Shown here: piece after piece, positions 39,598 to 48,222 of the stretch
Numbering within the stretch: the first letter of the stretch is position 1
Layout of the letters: every line of letters starts with the position of its first letter
From: Candidatus Spongiisociaceae bacterium
Lineage (GTDB): Bacteria > Actinomycetota > Acidimicrobiia > Spongiisociales > Spongiisociaceae
Reading direction: 5' to 3'
Assembly: GCA_965202665.1 (NCBI GenBank)
Contig: OZ241841.1
Coordinates: 800,001 to 864,000, forward strand
DNA length: 64,000 bases
The notes under the pieces: model-generated
What the model was told of the DNA's origin: nothing
Databases searched by the model: none
Seen by the model: only the letters and a program-made list of their open reading frames with translations
Position numbers and translations under genes: made by a program

Positions 39598-40653
39598 ATG
39601 AGCGCGGTTTCCTCGCTTACCTCCCGGGCGTTGGAGGCGCCGCCGGGGGCGGACCTGGACGAAATCCAAGACTGGTTTCACGAACGGGACCTGTCGGACG
39701 GACTGCCCGTCATCCCCCCCACCCCGCACCGGGTGGCGGCCATGGTGGAAGGATCGGGCCTGCCCGCCGCGCGCGAAGTGGGGGTGATGAACCCGGAGCG
39801 GGGCCTGGCCACGGTGGAAAAACTGGCCGTAAACGCGGTGATGGCCGGGTGCCGCCCCGAATATATGCCGGTGGTGACGGCGGCGGTGGAGGCGATGTGC
39901 GAGCCGCTGTTCAACCTGCACGCCATCCAATCCACCACCAACCCGGCCACTCCCCTGTTCATCGTCAACGGCCCCATCCGGCGGGCGATAGGAATGAACA
40001 CCGACCGCAACCTTTTAGGGCCGGGCAACCGGGCCAACGCCGCCATCGGACGGGCGGTGCGCCTGGCCATGCGCAACATCGGAGGGGCGTACGTGGGCGT
40101 GGACCAGGCCACACACGGCAGCCCCGCCAAATACACCCTGTGCATCGCCGAAGACGAAGAGTCCAGCCCCTGGGGCCCCCTGCACGCGGACAAAGGGTTC
40201 GAGGCGGCTGATTCGGTAGTGACCGCGGCCGGGGTGGAGTCGGTTATCAACAGCACCGCGGTGTGGTGGACGGCCCCTTCGCTTATGAAAATGCTGGCTA
40301 AGACGATGCGCACCACCGCCACCAGCCAGTTTTTCTCCCGGGGAACCCTCACCCTGATGATGAGCCCCGCCCACGCCGGGGTGTTCGCCCGGGCCGGTTA
40401 CGGCAAGGAACGGCTGCGGGAAGAACTTTGGGAGGCGGGGAAGGTGCCTTTGTCCGATTTCCCGCCGGAGGGGAACATCCCGCAGGGGGAATGGACGACG
40501 GACGGGGACAAAGTGCTCCTGTGCGAGTCGCCCGCCGATCTGAACCTGATCGTGGCGGGCGGAACCGAAGGCAACGCCTCCCATTCGGTGTTTTTCTCCG
40601 GGTTCTGCCTGTCAAAAGGGGTGAGCAAAAAAATAAACTGGAGCGGACGGTGA
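39598..40653 (+). CDS. Conserved uncharacterised protein of the type found next to UGSC proteins
   Basis: DGLPVIPPT, TVEKLAVNAVMAGCRPEY, GNRANAAIGRA, AEDEE.SPW. Confidence 0.8.
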   Translation: MSAVSSLTSRALEAPPGADLDEIQDWFHERDLSDGLPVIPPTPHRVAAMVEGSGLPAAREVGVMNPERGLATVEKLAVNAVMAGCRPEYMPVVTAAVEAMCEPLFNLHAIQSTTNPATPLFIVNGPIRRAIGMNTDRNLLGPGNRANAAIGRAVRLAMRNIGGAYVGVDQATHGSPAKYTLCIAEDEESSPWGPLHADKGFEAADSVVTAAGVESVINSTAVWWTAPSLMKMLAKTMRTTATSQFFSRGTLTLMMSPAHAGVFARAGYGKERLREELWEAGKVPLSDFPPEGNIPQGEWTTDGDKVLLCESPADLNLIVAGGTEGNASHSVFFSGFCLSKGVSKKINWSGR

Positions 40654-41771
40654 GCGGGCTGGGCGAACGGGTGCTGTCGGCCGCCCGGGCCCGGATAAGC
40701 CCGCTGGTGGACGAGTGGGAACGGTCGGGGACCTCTTTGGAAACGATGCGGGAGTTCTCCCGGGAGTTGGGTTTGACCTCTTTGCGCACTCCCGCCCATC
40801 GAGGGGGATCCCCCCGCCCGTGGGCGGAAATAACGGGAGCGGCCCGCAGCCTGGGGCGGGTGTACCGGCTGTTCGGACTGGTGCTGGTCAACAACGTGAT
40901 CGCCTCTTTTCTGGGCGAGCGGGGCTCGGACGGGCAGTGGGAAAAATGGGGGGCCCCCATTCACCGGGGAGACGCCCTGCTGGTGCTGGCCCTGACCGAA
41001 GAGGGGGCGGGCAACGACTTGGCGGCCATCGCGGCTTCAGTGACGGAGGAAGCGGGGGGCGGGTTGCGCCTCCGAGGGGAGAAAGTGTTCGCCCCGGGCG
41101 CCGACCAACTGCCGGGGGTGGTGACTTTGGCCCGGCACGGGGAGGGAACCTCCGTTCTGGCGGTCCCCACCGACGCGGAAGGGGTTTCCGTCCAGCCGAT
41201 GGGAAAGGGAATGTCGTTGCGGGGGGCGGCGATTTGCCGGGTGGCGTTCAACGACTGCCGGTTGCCTTCCGACCATCTGATCGGAACCCCCGGCCGGGGA
41301 TTGGAAGAGTTGCGCCCCCACCTGTTGGGCAGCCGGCTAAACACTTCCGGGCTGGCTTTGGGGGCGGCTGAAGAGGCTTTGGAGTTGGCCGCCGCCCACA
41401 CCGCCTCCACCGTCCGCTTCGGAAAACCTTTGAACCGGCTGGGAGCGGTGCGGCAACGGCTGGGGGACATGGCGTCCCGCGCCTCCGCCGCCAAAGCTTT
41501 GCTGGAGGCGGCGGCGGCGGCCTTGGACGACCGGGGCCCGCAGGCCGAAGCCCTGGTTTCGTCCGCCAAAGCCTTCATCACCGACACGGCGGCGGCGGTG
41601 ACCGGCGGAGCGCTGGAACTGTTCGGCGGATGGGGGTTCTTTGAGAACCGGCGGGTGGAAAGGCTGGTGCGGGAAGCGAAGCTGGGCTTGGCGGTGGACG
41701 GGGCCAACGACATCCACCGCGACATAGTCGCCCGCAGTCTGAGTCGGGGCGAACCCGGGAAAGGAGGCTAA
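40650..41771 (+). CDS. Acyl-CoA dehydrogenase-family protein (divergent)
   Basis: ALTEEGAGNDL, GEKVF, RFGKPL, LFGGWG. Confidence 0.85.
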   Translation: MSGLGERVLSAARARISPLVDEWERSGTSLETMREFSRELGLTSLRTPAHRGGSPRPWAEITGAARSLGRVYRLFGLVLVNNVIASFLGERGSDGQWEKWGAPIHRGDALLVLALTEEGAGNDLAAIAASVTEEAGGGLRLRGEKVFAPGADQLPGVVTLARHGEGTSVLAVPTDAEGVSVQPMGKGMSLRGAAICRVAFNDCRLPSDHLIGTPGRGLEELRPHLLGSRLNTSGLALGAAEEALELAAAHTASTVRFGKPLNRLGAVRQRLGDMASRASAAKALLEAAAAALDDRGPQAEALVSSAKAFITDTAAAVTGGALELFGGWGFFENRRVERLVREAKLGLAVDGANDIHRDIVARSLSRGEPGKGG

Positions 41772-42524
41772 ATGAGCGGCGGAACGGCCATTATCACCGG
41801 AGGGGGCAGCGGCATCGGCTGGAAAATAGCCGAGACCCTGTTGGAGCGGAACCCGGACTTGGGGTGCGCCCTGGTGGATTTGCAGGAGGGTGAGTCCGGG
41901 GCGTTGCGGGAGCGGTTTCCGGAGCGGGTCCTGGTCGTGCCGTCGGACGTAACCGATCATCGGGCGGCGGAGCGGGCCGTGTCGGAAATAGCCGCCTGGC
42001 GTTCCCCGGTGCGATGGCTGGTCACCTGCGCCGGGGTGCAGATCGCGGGGGACAGTTTCGAGATGGACCCGGACGACTGGCGCAAAGTGCTCGACATTCA
42101 CCTGTCGGGGACTTTCTTCTGGTGCCAGGCGGCGGGCCGGGAGATGCGCCGCCACGGGGGCGGGGCGATCGTCACTATGGGTTCGATTGCCATGTGGTTC
42201 GGTTTTCCGGGGCGGGCCCCTTACACGGCCGCCAAAGCGGGCATCGGGGGTTTGACCAAAGTGCTGGCGGTGGAATGGGCCCCGTACGGGATCCGGGTGA
42301 ACGGGATCGCGCCGGGGATGATCCGCACCCCCCTGTGGGAGCGGGCCATGCGCAACGGCCTGGTCAACTTGGAGGACTCCGAGGCCGCCCACGCCATGAA
42401 GCGGCTGGGGGCCGCTTCGGAAGTGGCGGAGGCGGCCGCCTGGCTGCTGTCGGACGCCGCCTCCTATGTGACCGGCGACGTCCTAAAAGTGGACGGCGGG
42501 TTCCGGGCTTACAAGATCGACTGA
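41772..42524 (+). CDS. SDR oxidoreductase
   Basis: TGGGSGIG, YTAAK, VNGIAPG, VDGG. Confidence 0.93.
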   Translation: MSGGTAIITGGGSGIGWKIAETLLERNPDLGCALVDLQEGESGALRERFPERVLVVPSDVTDHRAAERAVSEIAAWRSPVRWLVTCAGVQIAGDSFEMDPDDWRKVLDIHLSGTFFWCQAAGREMRRHGGGAIVTMGSIAMWFGFPGRAPYTAAKAGIGGLTKVLAVEWAPYGIRVNGIAPGMIRTPLWERAMRNGLVNLEDSEAAHAMKRLGAASEVAEAAAWLLSDAASYVTGDVLKVDGGFRAYKID

Positions 42525-42555
42525 TTTCCGAGTTCCGAGGGAAGGGAAAGAAGAC

Positions 42556-43560
42556 ATGAGCGACAAAATCAACTGGGATCGGGTGCAGGCCTATCTGGGC
42601 AGGAGTTCCACCCGGGCGGTGCTCAAGCCGTACGGGTTTCCCGACATCACCAACCCGTTCACGTCCCGCTACGCCGATGTGGATGTGGCCCCCCGCTGGG
42701 ACATCCCCGACGAGACGGCGGTGTCGGTGGCGGTCACCGGCGGGTTTTTCATGACCCGGGACAACCCCAATCAGCCGATAAGCCCGGAGGCGATCGTGGA
42801 GGCTTCCCGTTCCTGCATGGAAGCGGGGGCCACCTCCTTGCATATTCATGTGAGAAACGAACAGGAGTTGTCCATTCTGGATCTGCAGCGGTTCGTAAAC
42901 GTGTTGGAGCCTTTGCACGAGGATTTCCCCGGTTTGTACATTTCGGCGGGCGAGGTGGCGGTGGGAGAAGAAGACTGGGAGGATATGCAGAAGTTGAGCG
43001 GGTCGGGGTTGGTAGCCGGGTCGCCGGTGAACACCACCGCCACCTTCGTGGGGGACACCCTGTTCGCCAAGCCCCCGGCGGTGATGATCGAAAAAGCCCG
43101 CATACTGCAGGATTCGGGGGTGAAACCGGAAATCGCGGTTTACACGGACGCCGATGTGGACAACGCCGACCGTTACCTGATCAAATCGGGGTTGGTGAAA
43201 CCGCCTTTCTTCTGGGTGGTGTTGCCCGCTTTGCCCGGCGGCAGTCCCATGCACAACCCGCACCAGATGGTGCAGGGCCTGAAGCGGATAGTGGATTCCA
43301 TCTTCGACATCGACCGGGAGTCGGTAATTTCAGTGTGCGCGGCCGGGCGGGCCTCGGTGTTTCTGGTTACTTTGGCGGTGTTGATGGGTTTGCACGCCCG
43401 GGTGGGGATGGAAGACACGGTGTGGCGGTTTCCGCATAAGGACGACCTGGTGGCCTCCAACCTGGAAACCTTTCAGACCATCGCCGGGATAACCGAGCTG
43501 CTGGGCCGCCCGGTGATGTCGGGGGCTCGTTTCAAAAGCATGCTGGGCATAGCGGAGTAG
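42556..43560 (+). CDS. Beta-keto acid cleavage enzyme (BKACE/DUF849)
   Basis: VAVTGG, NPNQP, AGATSLHIHVR, KPE, HARVGMED. Confidence 0.88.
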   Translation: MSDKINWDRVQAYLGRSSTRAVLKPYGFPDITNPFTSRYADVDVAPRWDIPDETAVSVAVTGGFFMTRDNPNQPISPEAIVEASRSCMEAGATSLHIHVRNEQELSILDLQRFVNVLEPLHEDFPGLYISAGEVAVGEEDWEDMQKLSGSGLVAGSPVNTTATFVGDTLFAKPPAVMIEKARILQDSGVKPEIAVYTDADVDNADRYLIKSGLVKPPFFWVVLPALPGGSPMHNPHQMVQGLKRIVDSIFDIDRESVISVCAAGRASVFLVTLAVLMGLHARVGMEDTVWRFPHKDDLVASNLETFQTIAGITELLGRPVMSGARFKSMLGIAE

Positions 43561-43568
43561 GAGCCCCG

Positions 43569-43817
43569 GTGGCGACCGAAGCCAAAATCCGGGAGTTGCT
43601 GGCCCCGTTCATAACCGGTCTGGAAGCCGACGGCTACCAGTTGAAAGTGAGCCTGCAACCGGACCGCATCGATCTGCGGGTGGAGGCGGGCCCCAAGGCG
43701 TGCGCCGACTGCCTGATCCCCAAAGGAATGATGGAGGAAATGTTCCGCTCCCGCCTAACCGAAGAAGCCACCGGCCTCCCCCACGCCAACCTAACCCTAG
43801 CCCACCCCCTAGATTAA
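43569..43817 (+). CDS. Small NifU-C-like CxxC protein
   Basis: LEADGYQL...ACADCLIP. Confidence 0.65.
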   Translation: MATEAKIRELLAPFITGLEADGYQLKVSLQPDRIDLRVEAGPKACADCLIPKGMMEEMFRSRLTEEATGLPHANLTLAHPLD

Positions 43818-44329
43818 TTCCGGGCGGGCCGACCGGTAACCGACGGCTCCGCCGCCAAAGCAAACCGGGCTTTTTCAACCTCCTCCCTGTCCCATCCCAT
43901 AGTCGCGCAAACCATTTCATCAAGAGACGCCCGGACGACATCACCGTCCGCCGTCGCGCAAACCGTTTCATCCAGAGACGCCCGCACCAAGTCGCCCTCC
44001 TGGTCCCGCAACCGCAACAAGGGACGGTCGGCAACCCGCTGGAAATGGTCCGCCAAAGCGGAAACCTGAACACGAACCCCCGCCGGAGAGCGGTCATTCC
44101 TGAGTTCTCCTAGCGATCCGTCACCAACATCCTGGTCAAGTACACCTAACAGTTCATCGGCAAACCACTTAGCGGTTGTTTGGATTAATAGGGTGGCAGG
44201 GAATTTAACTGGGGTCCAGTAATTTCTTTCGACCCTTTCCCATCCCTAGGAAACGCACTTGATCCCACCGGAACAGACGCCGTCGACTACGGCTACCGCG
44301 TCGGGGCCTTCATAGGGGTCACCGTCCAT
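43814..44329 (-). pseudogene. Interrupted ORF, possibly the C-terminal remnant of a large R-M protein
   Basis: ATG at 44329 overlaps the MTase stop (TGATG); one in-frame TAG at 44246-44248; internal 51-bp duplication at 43902/43953; ends LAAEPSVTGR. Confidence 0.4.
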
Positions 44330-45867
44330 CAGTTTGTGTCTTTGCGGCAGCTGAGTGCCTTAGCCAACTCCACGAGCAGTCCCCCGGCAGAGGACGTATC
44401 CAGCCCGGCCTCTGCCAGCGCATCTTTCACTTCGGTTGGAACCTCGGACGCCGCTTTGGCGGCCCGGCGTTCCTCCATCTCCCGGACCACCTCGGTCACT
44501 TTTCCCCCGTAAGTTATACCGTGACGCTCCAGCAACTTGGCGGTCAGGTAGCCCATCGGCCGGTCGCCTTTGGTGGCGTTGCATCCTCCGCAGAGAAGTT
44601 GCAGGTTCGAGATATGATCGGAACCGCCTTTGGAACGGGGGATGAAATGGTCCACATGATGCCCTGACTTGGGGAAGAAGTCCCCGCACCCCGCGCACAA
44701 CCCGTCCTGCTCCCCCCACAGCCATGTCTTGTGCGTATTCGGGTCGGGGAGGTCGCCCATATCGGTGCGCTTAGGCAGGTCGGTGCGATGGATGGCCAAC
44801 GTGGAAGGGAGGCCGAGTTGCTCGCCCATCCGCTCATCTGCTAGGCGGGCACACTCCGCTGAGATGTCAATCCCCACCCACCGACGTTCCAGTTTCTCCG
44901 CCGCGATAGCCGCCGTAGCGCACCCAGCAAAGGGGTCTAAGACGACATCCCCCTCGTTGGTGGAGGCTTTGATGATCCGTTCGAGCAACGCGGTGGGTTT
45001 CTGGGTGGGGTAGCCGGTGCGTTCCGGGTGCTGGCGGGCGACCGGGGTAATGTCCGTCCAAACCTGAGGGGCGGACACCCCTTTAGGTTTGTCCGTCAAG
45101 TCCACGATGCGGCCGTAACTTGGATTCTCCCGAACGCTATCCGGCACCTTGCTCCAATCGTACACCAACAGTTGCCGCTCCCCGCTACTGCGATCCCTAT
45201 TGCTGTTATACCCCTTATCAAGTTGCCTTTTCTTAGCATCGGTCATCACATATTGTTTATTGAACGTGTAGTCGTCGGAAACTGAATAAAACAGGATGAT
45301 GTCGTTGTTCTTCTGGAAGTGGCGGGCGGCGTTCGTCCACTTATTGTAATGCCACACAATCTCGTTGCGGAAGTTGTCGCTCCCGAAGATAGCGTCGAGC
45401 GCCAGCTTCAGCGAATGGGACTCCGTCGGGTCGCAGTGCAGATATATGCTCCCCGTAGGTTTCAGCACCCGCCGCATCTCCAACAGCCGCATCGCCATGT
45501 AAATCAGATATGACATTGTGCCGTCGCCACGGGCGTCCCTTGCGGCGAGGATGATGTTGTGGAGTGCCTGGTTGTCATGCTCTAACAGTTCGTGCCACGC
45601 CAGATCGACATCAGACAGATCCCAGAGATCCTTGAAGGCGGCCACCGCACCTTTGCCGCCCACCGGGGCACTCCACTCTTTCTTACTATTGAAAGGTGGG
45701 TCAAGGTAGATAAGGTCGACGCTGTCGGAATTCATGCCCCGCAACACGTGCAGGTTATCGCCGGTGAAAATGGTACGGTTGCGGATGTCGCCGATGGCTT
45801 TGTCGTCCTCGGCACGGGCCGGACGAGTGTCCTGTTTAGTGGCGGTCTTCGCAGGTTTATCCGTCAT
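44329..45867 (-). CDS. Beta-class N6/N4 DNA methyltransferase fused to C-terminal HNH endonuclease
   Basis: IYLDPPF, YPTQKP, LDPFAGCAT; CAGC...HVDHFIPRSKGGSD...NLQLLCGGCN..KG. Confidence 0.9.
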   Translation of the reverse strand: MTDKPAKTATKQDTRPARAEDDKAIGDIRNRTIFTGDNLHVLRGMNSDSVDLIYLDPPFNSKKEWSAPVGGKGAVAAFKDLWDLSDVDLAWHELLEHDNQALHNIILAARDARGDGTMSYLIYMAMRLLEMRRVLKPTGSIYLHCDPTESHSLKLALDAIFGSDNFRNEIVWHYNKWTNAARHFQKNNDIILFYSVSDDYTFNKQYVMTDAKKRQLDKGYNSNRDRSSGERQLLVYDWSKVPDSVRENPSYGRIVDLTDKPKGVSAPQVWTDITPVARQHPERTGYPTQKPTALLERIIKASTNEGDVVLDPFAGCATAAIAAEKLERRWVGIDISAECARLADERMGEQLGLPSTLAIHRTDLPKRTDMGDLPDPNTHKTWLWGEQDGLCAGCGDFFPKSGHHVDHFIPRSKGGSDHISNLQLLCGGCNATKGDRPMGYLTAKLLERHGITYGGKVTEVVREMEERRAAKAASEVPTEVKDALAEAGLDTSSAGGLLVELAKALSCRKDTN

Positions 45868-45878
45868 GATTGTTGCAA

Positions 45879-46136
45879 TTACGTCTCTCGCCGATTACCG
45901 GCAGGCCGGTTCCGAGCATCCGCCAACCCTTGCTCCAGTCGGGCGTCAGCATCTCCGAGCGCCCCTCGGCGATTGCCTATTTCCCCCTCAAGCACCACCC
46001 TGGAACCGTCTACATCCACCAGCACGTCAAGCCGCCGCCCCCCAGGCTGTTTTACCTCCGCCTCAGCCTGAAGCCCCTGTTCCCGCAACAATTGCGTAAA
46101 CGCTATGTTGATCTTTTGCTCGTACCCGGATGCCAC
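45879..46136 (-). pseudogene. Short ORF, probable truncated N-terminal nuclease-like domain
   Basis: RRLDVLVDV...VVLEGE resembles a PD-(D/E)XK core; only 85 aa; GGAGG RBS. Confidence 0.45.
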
Positions 46137-46178
46137 CGAGGACCCTCCGCTGTTGCCCGATTCCAAGAATTGGCAAAA

Positions 46179-46205
46179 ACGCTACCCCCCCCCCCGTTTT
46201 GTCAA
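46179..46205 (-). promoter_or_regulatory. Promoter with G11 tract in the spacer: TTGACA-AAAC-G11-TAGCGT
   Basis: C11 at 46185-46195 on + strand; spacer currently 15 bp. Confidence 0.55.
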
Positions 46206-46388
46206 GTCAATCCCGGTCGGAGGGGAATTGGGAGGCTGCCAAACAGGCCAGGGGCCTACGCGTAAATGGGGTGGTACGGGGTTAGGGTTCCTCCGGTGTA
46301 CTCCGTAACGAACTCACCCCGCAACCAGAATCAGGGCAGGATCGGGCTTACAGGGACGTGAGGAGTGGCTGGTGAACAGCCGACCTGC

Positions 46389-47225
46389 TCAGTAGTATCG
46401 GCGGGGCCTGCGCCGTCGGTTGTTTGACCTGCCTGGTGGCCGCTTGCTATAAGATCGGCCCGACGGCCCTCCCGATGACCGGCCCTTCTGGTGACCGGAA
46501 CTGGTCGATGACCGGCGGTTGCTGGATCTGCTTTTTCTTTCATTGTCCGCCGCCATCTCCGCCAAGCCCGCCAGGGCCATGCCTATTACCGCCACCACGG
46601 CGGCCGCCGCGACTGCCAGCAGGACCACGCACCATAGGACCGTCCGCCACCCGCCGTACGCGATCTCCTCCCCGCGGGCCCGGTGCCGCCAACCGCCGGT
46701 GAACAGGAGGGCCAGCCTGCCCACGGCCCATACCGCCATAGTCGCTATCAGCCCCACCTGGTAATCCGTCATATTAATCAACCCCGTCCCCAAGGCGACC
46801 ATCGCCACGGCTCCCAGGGCCTGCCATCCGCTCCAGCCCGCAAACAATCTCTTCTTCGCCCACTCGCGGAGGCGATGCCGCCAATGGCATTCGCAACCGT
46901 TGCGGATGTAGGAGACGGCGGCGGCTTGCAGGCGCGGGTTGGTCCGGGGCCGGGTTTCCCCCTGCTCCAAAACGCCCACTACCCAATAGTTGCATCGCGT
47001 GCATAACAGCCCCCGGACGGCTTCGCACGAATGACAGTGATCGATGTTGCTTAAACGCCGTTCGGGTTCTCTCCCATGACGTTTCCGGTAGGCCGCCTGC
47101 ACCTCCGGCCAGGTCCGCTCACATATCTGGCAACGGGGGCGGCTGAGAATCTTCTCCTTCTCAGCGGTGGAGATGTTGTATCTTTCCTCCGGCGTGGGGT
47201 ATCGGCCCTTTCGCATAGCGGCCAA
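46389..47225 (-). CDS. Endonuclease VII-like domain fused to transmembrane helices and a basic tail
   Basis: CQIC...IDHCH...VRGLLCTRCN..VG; about 3 TM segments; R/S-rich C-terminus. Confidence 0.75.
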   Translation of the reverse strand: MAAMRKGRYPTPEERYNISTAEKEKILSRPRCQICERTWPEVQAAYRKRHGREPERRLSNIDHCHSCEAVRGLLCTRCNYWVVGVLEQGETRPRTNPRLQAAAVSYIRNGCECHWRHRLREWAKKRLFAGWSGWQALGAVAMVALGTGLINMTDYQVGLIATMAVWAVGRLALLFTGGWRHRARGEEIAYGGWRTVLWCVVLLAVAAAAVVAVIGMALAGLAEMAADNERKSRSSNRRSSTSSGHQKGRSSGGPSGRSYSKRPPGRSNNRRRRPRRYY

Positions 47226-47283
47226 GCGTAGCGAATGTTATGCGATGCCTCCATCTTGCCAACGCTCTAAAGCAGGGGCGGGT

Positions 47284-48204
47284 TTAGAGGCGGGTCATTA
47301 GGTGTTGGACGGACATTAAATCCAAGTGGCCGCCGCCGCCGTTTTTGAAGAGCGTGATGCGGTCGGGGCCGGTGCGGCCCTGCGCGCCCGCGGCCAGTTG
47401 GTAGTGGTCGGCCAAAATGCGTTCGGGTGTTATCACTCCGGAGGCCAGCGGGATGGCCAACTCTCCGGTTTCCAACGCCGAATCCCGGGAGTCTACGAAA
47501 ATGTCCGCTTGGGCGACGGCCCGGTCGTCCGCCTCCCGCATGTGCGGCAGGTAGGAACCGACCAGATCCAGATGGGTTCCGGGGGCCACCCACCCGCCCC
47601 TTATCAGCGGCTCCACCGTCATCGTGGCGCAACTGATGACGTCGGCGGCCCGCACCGCCGGTTGCAGATCCCCGGCGACGGCGATGTCGGCGGGCAGGTT
47701 TCCGTCCGAAAGTTCATCGACCAACCGTTGCGCCCGGGCCGGGGTGCGATTCCAGACGGCCACCCGCTCCAACATTGGGCGGACGGACAGATGAGCCCTG
47801 ATCAGATGAGGGGCCATGGCCCCCGCTCCCACCATCAGCAGAAAGCGGCTGTCCTCCCGGGCCAGAAAACGGGCGCCCAGGGCGGAATCGCAGGCGGTTT
47901 TGAACCAGGTGAGGGCGTTGCCGATGATGACCGCCTCCTCCTGCCCGGTGTCCGGGTTGAACACCGCGTAAAGGGTGTGGACGGTGGGCAAATCCCGGTT
48001 GCCGGGGAAGATGGTGGCCAGTTTGATCCCCAACCCGGATCCGGGCGCAAACCCGGCCCGGGCCAGCAGGCCGTTGCCCCGCCCGTCCCCCGTATAAACA
48101 TCCCCCACCGCCGCCGCCGCCGACCGGTGCCGCTCCTCCAAAAAGTCAATCAGCGGCCCATAATCCAACAGCCCCATAGCCTCCTCATGCGTTATCACCC
48201 TCAT
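47284..48204 (-). CDS. Ornithine cyclodeaminase / mu-crystallin family protein
   Basis: IKLATIFPGN, VGAGAMA, WNRT, GTHLDLVGS, LFKNGG. Confidence 0.88.
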   Translation of the reverse strand: MRVITHEEAMGLLDYGPLIDFLEERHRSAAAAVGDVYTGDGRGNGLLARAGFAPGSGLGIKLATIFPGNRDLPTVHTLYAVFNPDTGQEEAVIIGNALTWFKTACDSALGARFLAREDSRFLLMVGAGAMAPHLIRAHLSVRPMLERVAVWNRTPARAQRLVDELSDGNLPADIAVAGDLQPAVRAADVISCATMTVEPLIRGGWVAPGTHLDLVGSYLPHMREADDRAVAQADIFVDSRDSALETGELAIPLASGVITPERILADHYQLAAGAQGRTGPDRITLFKNGGGGHLDLMSVQHLMTRL

Positions 48205-48222
48205 CAGCTACCACTTACCAAA

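Noticed and set aside
44246-44248. In-frame TAG as pyrrolysine or read-through
   Set aside because: No pyl genes or methylamine methyltransferase context; a nonsense mutation or chimeric junction is simpler
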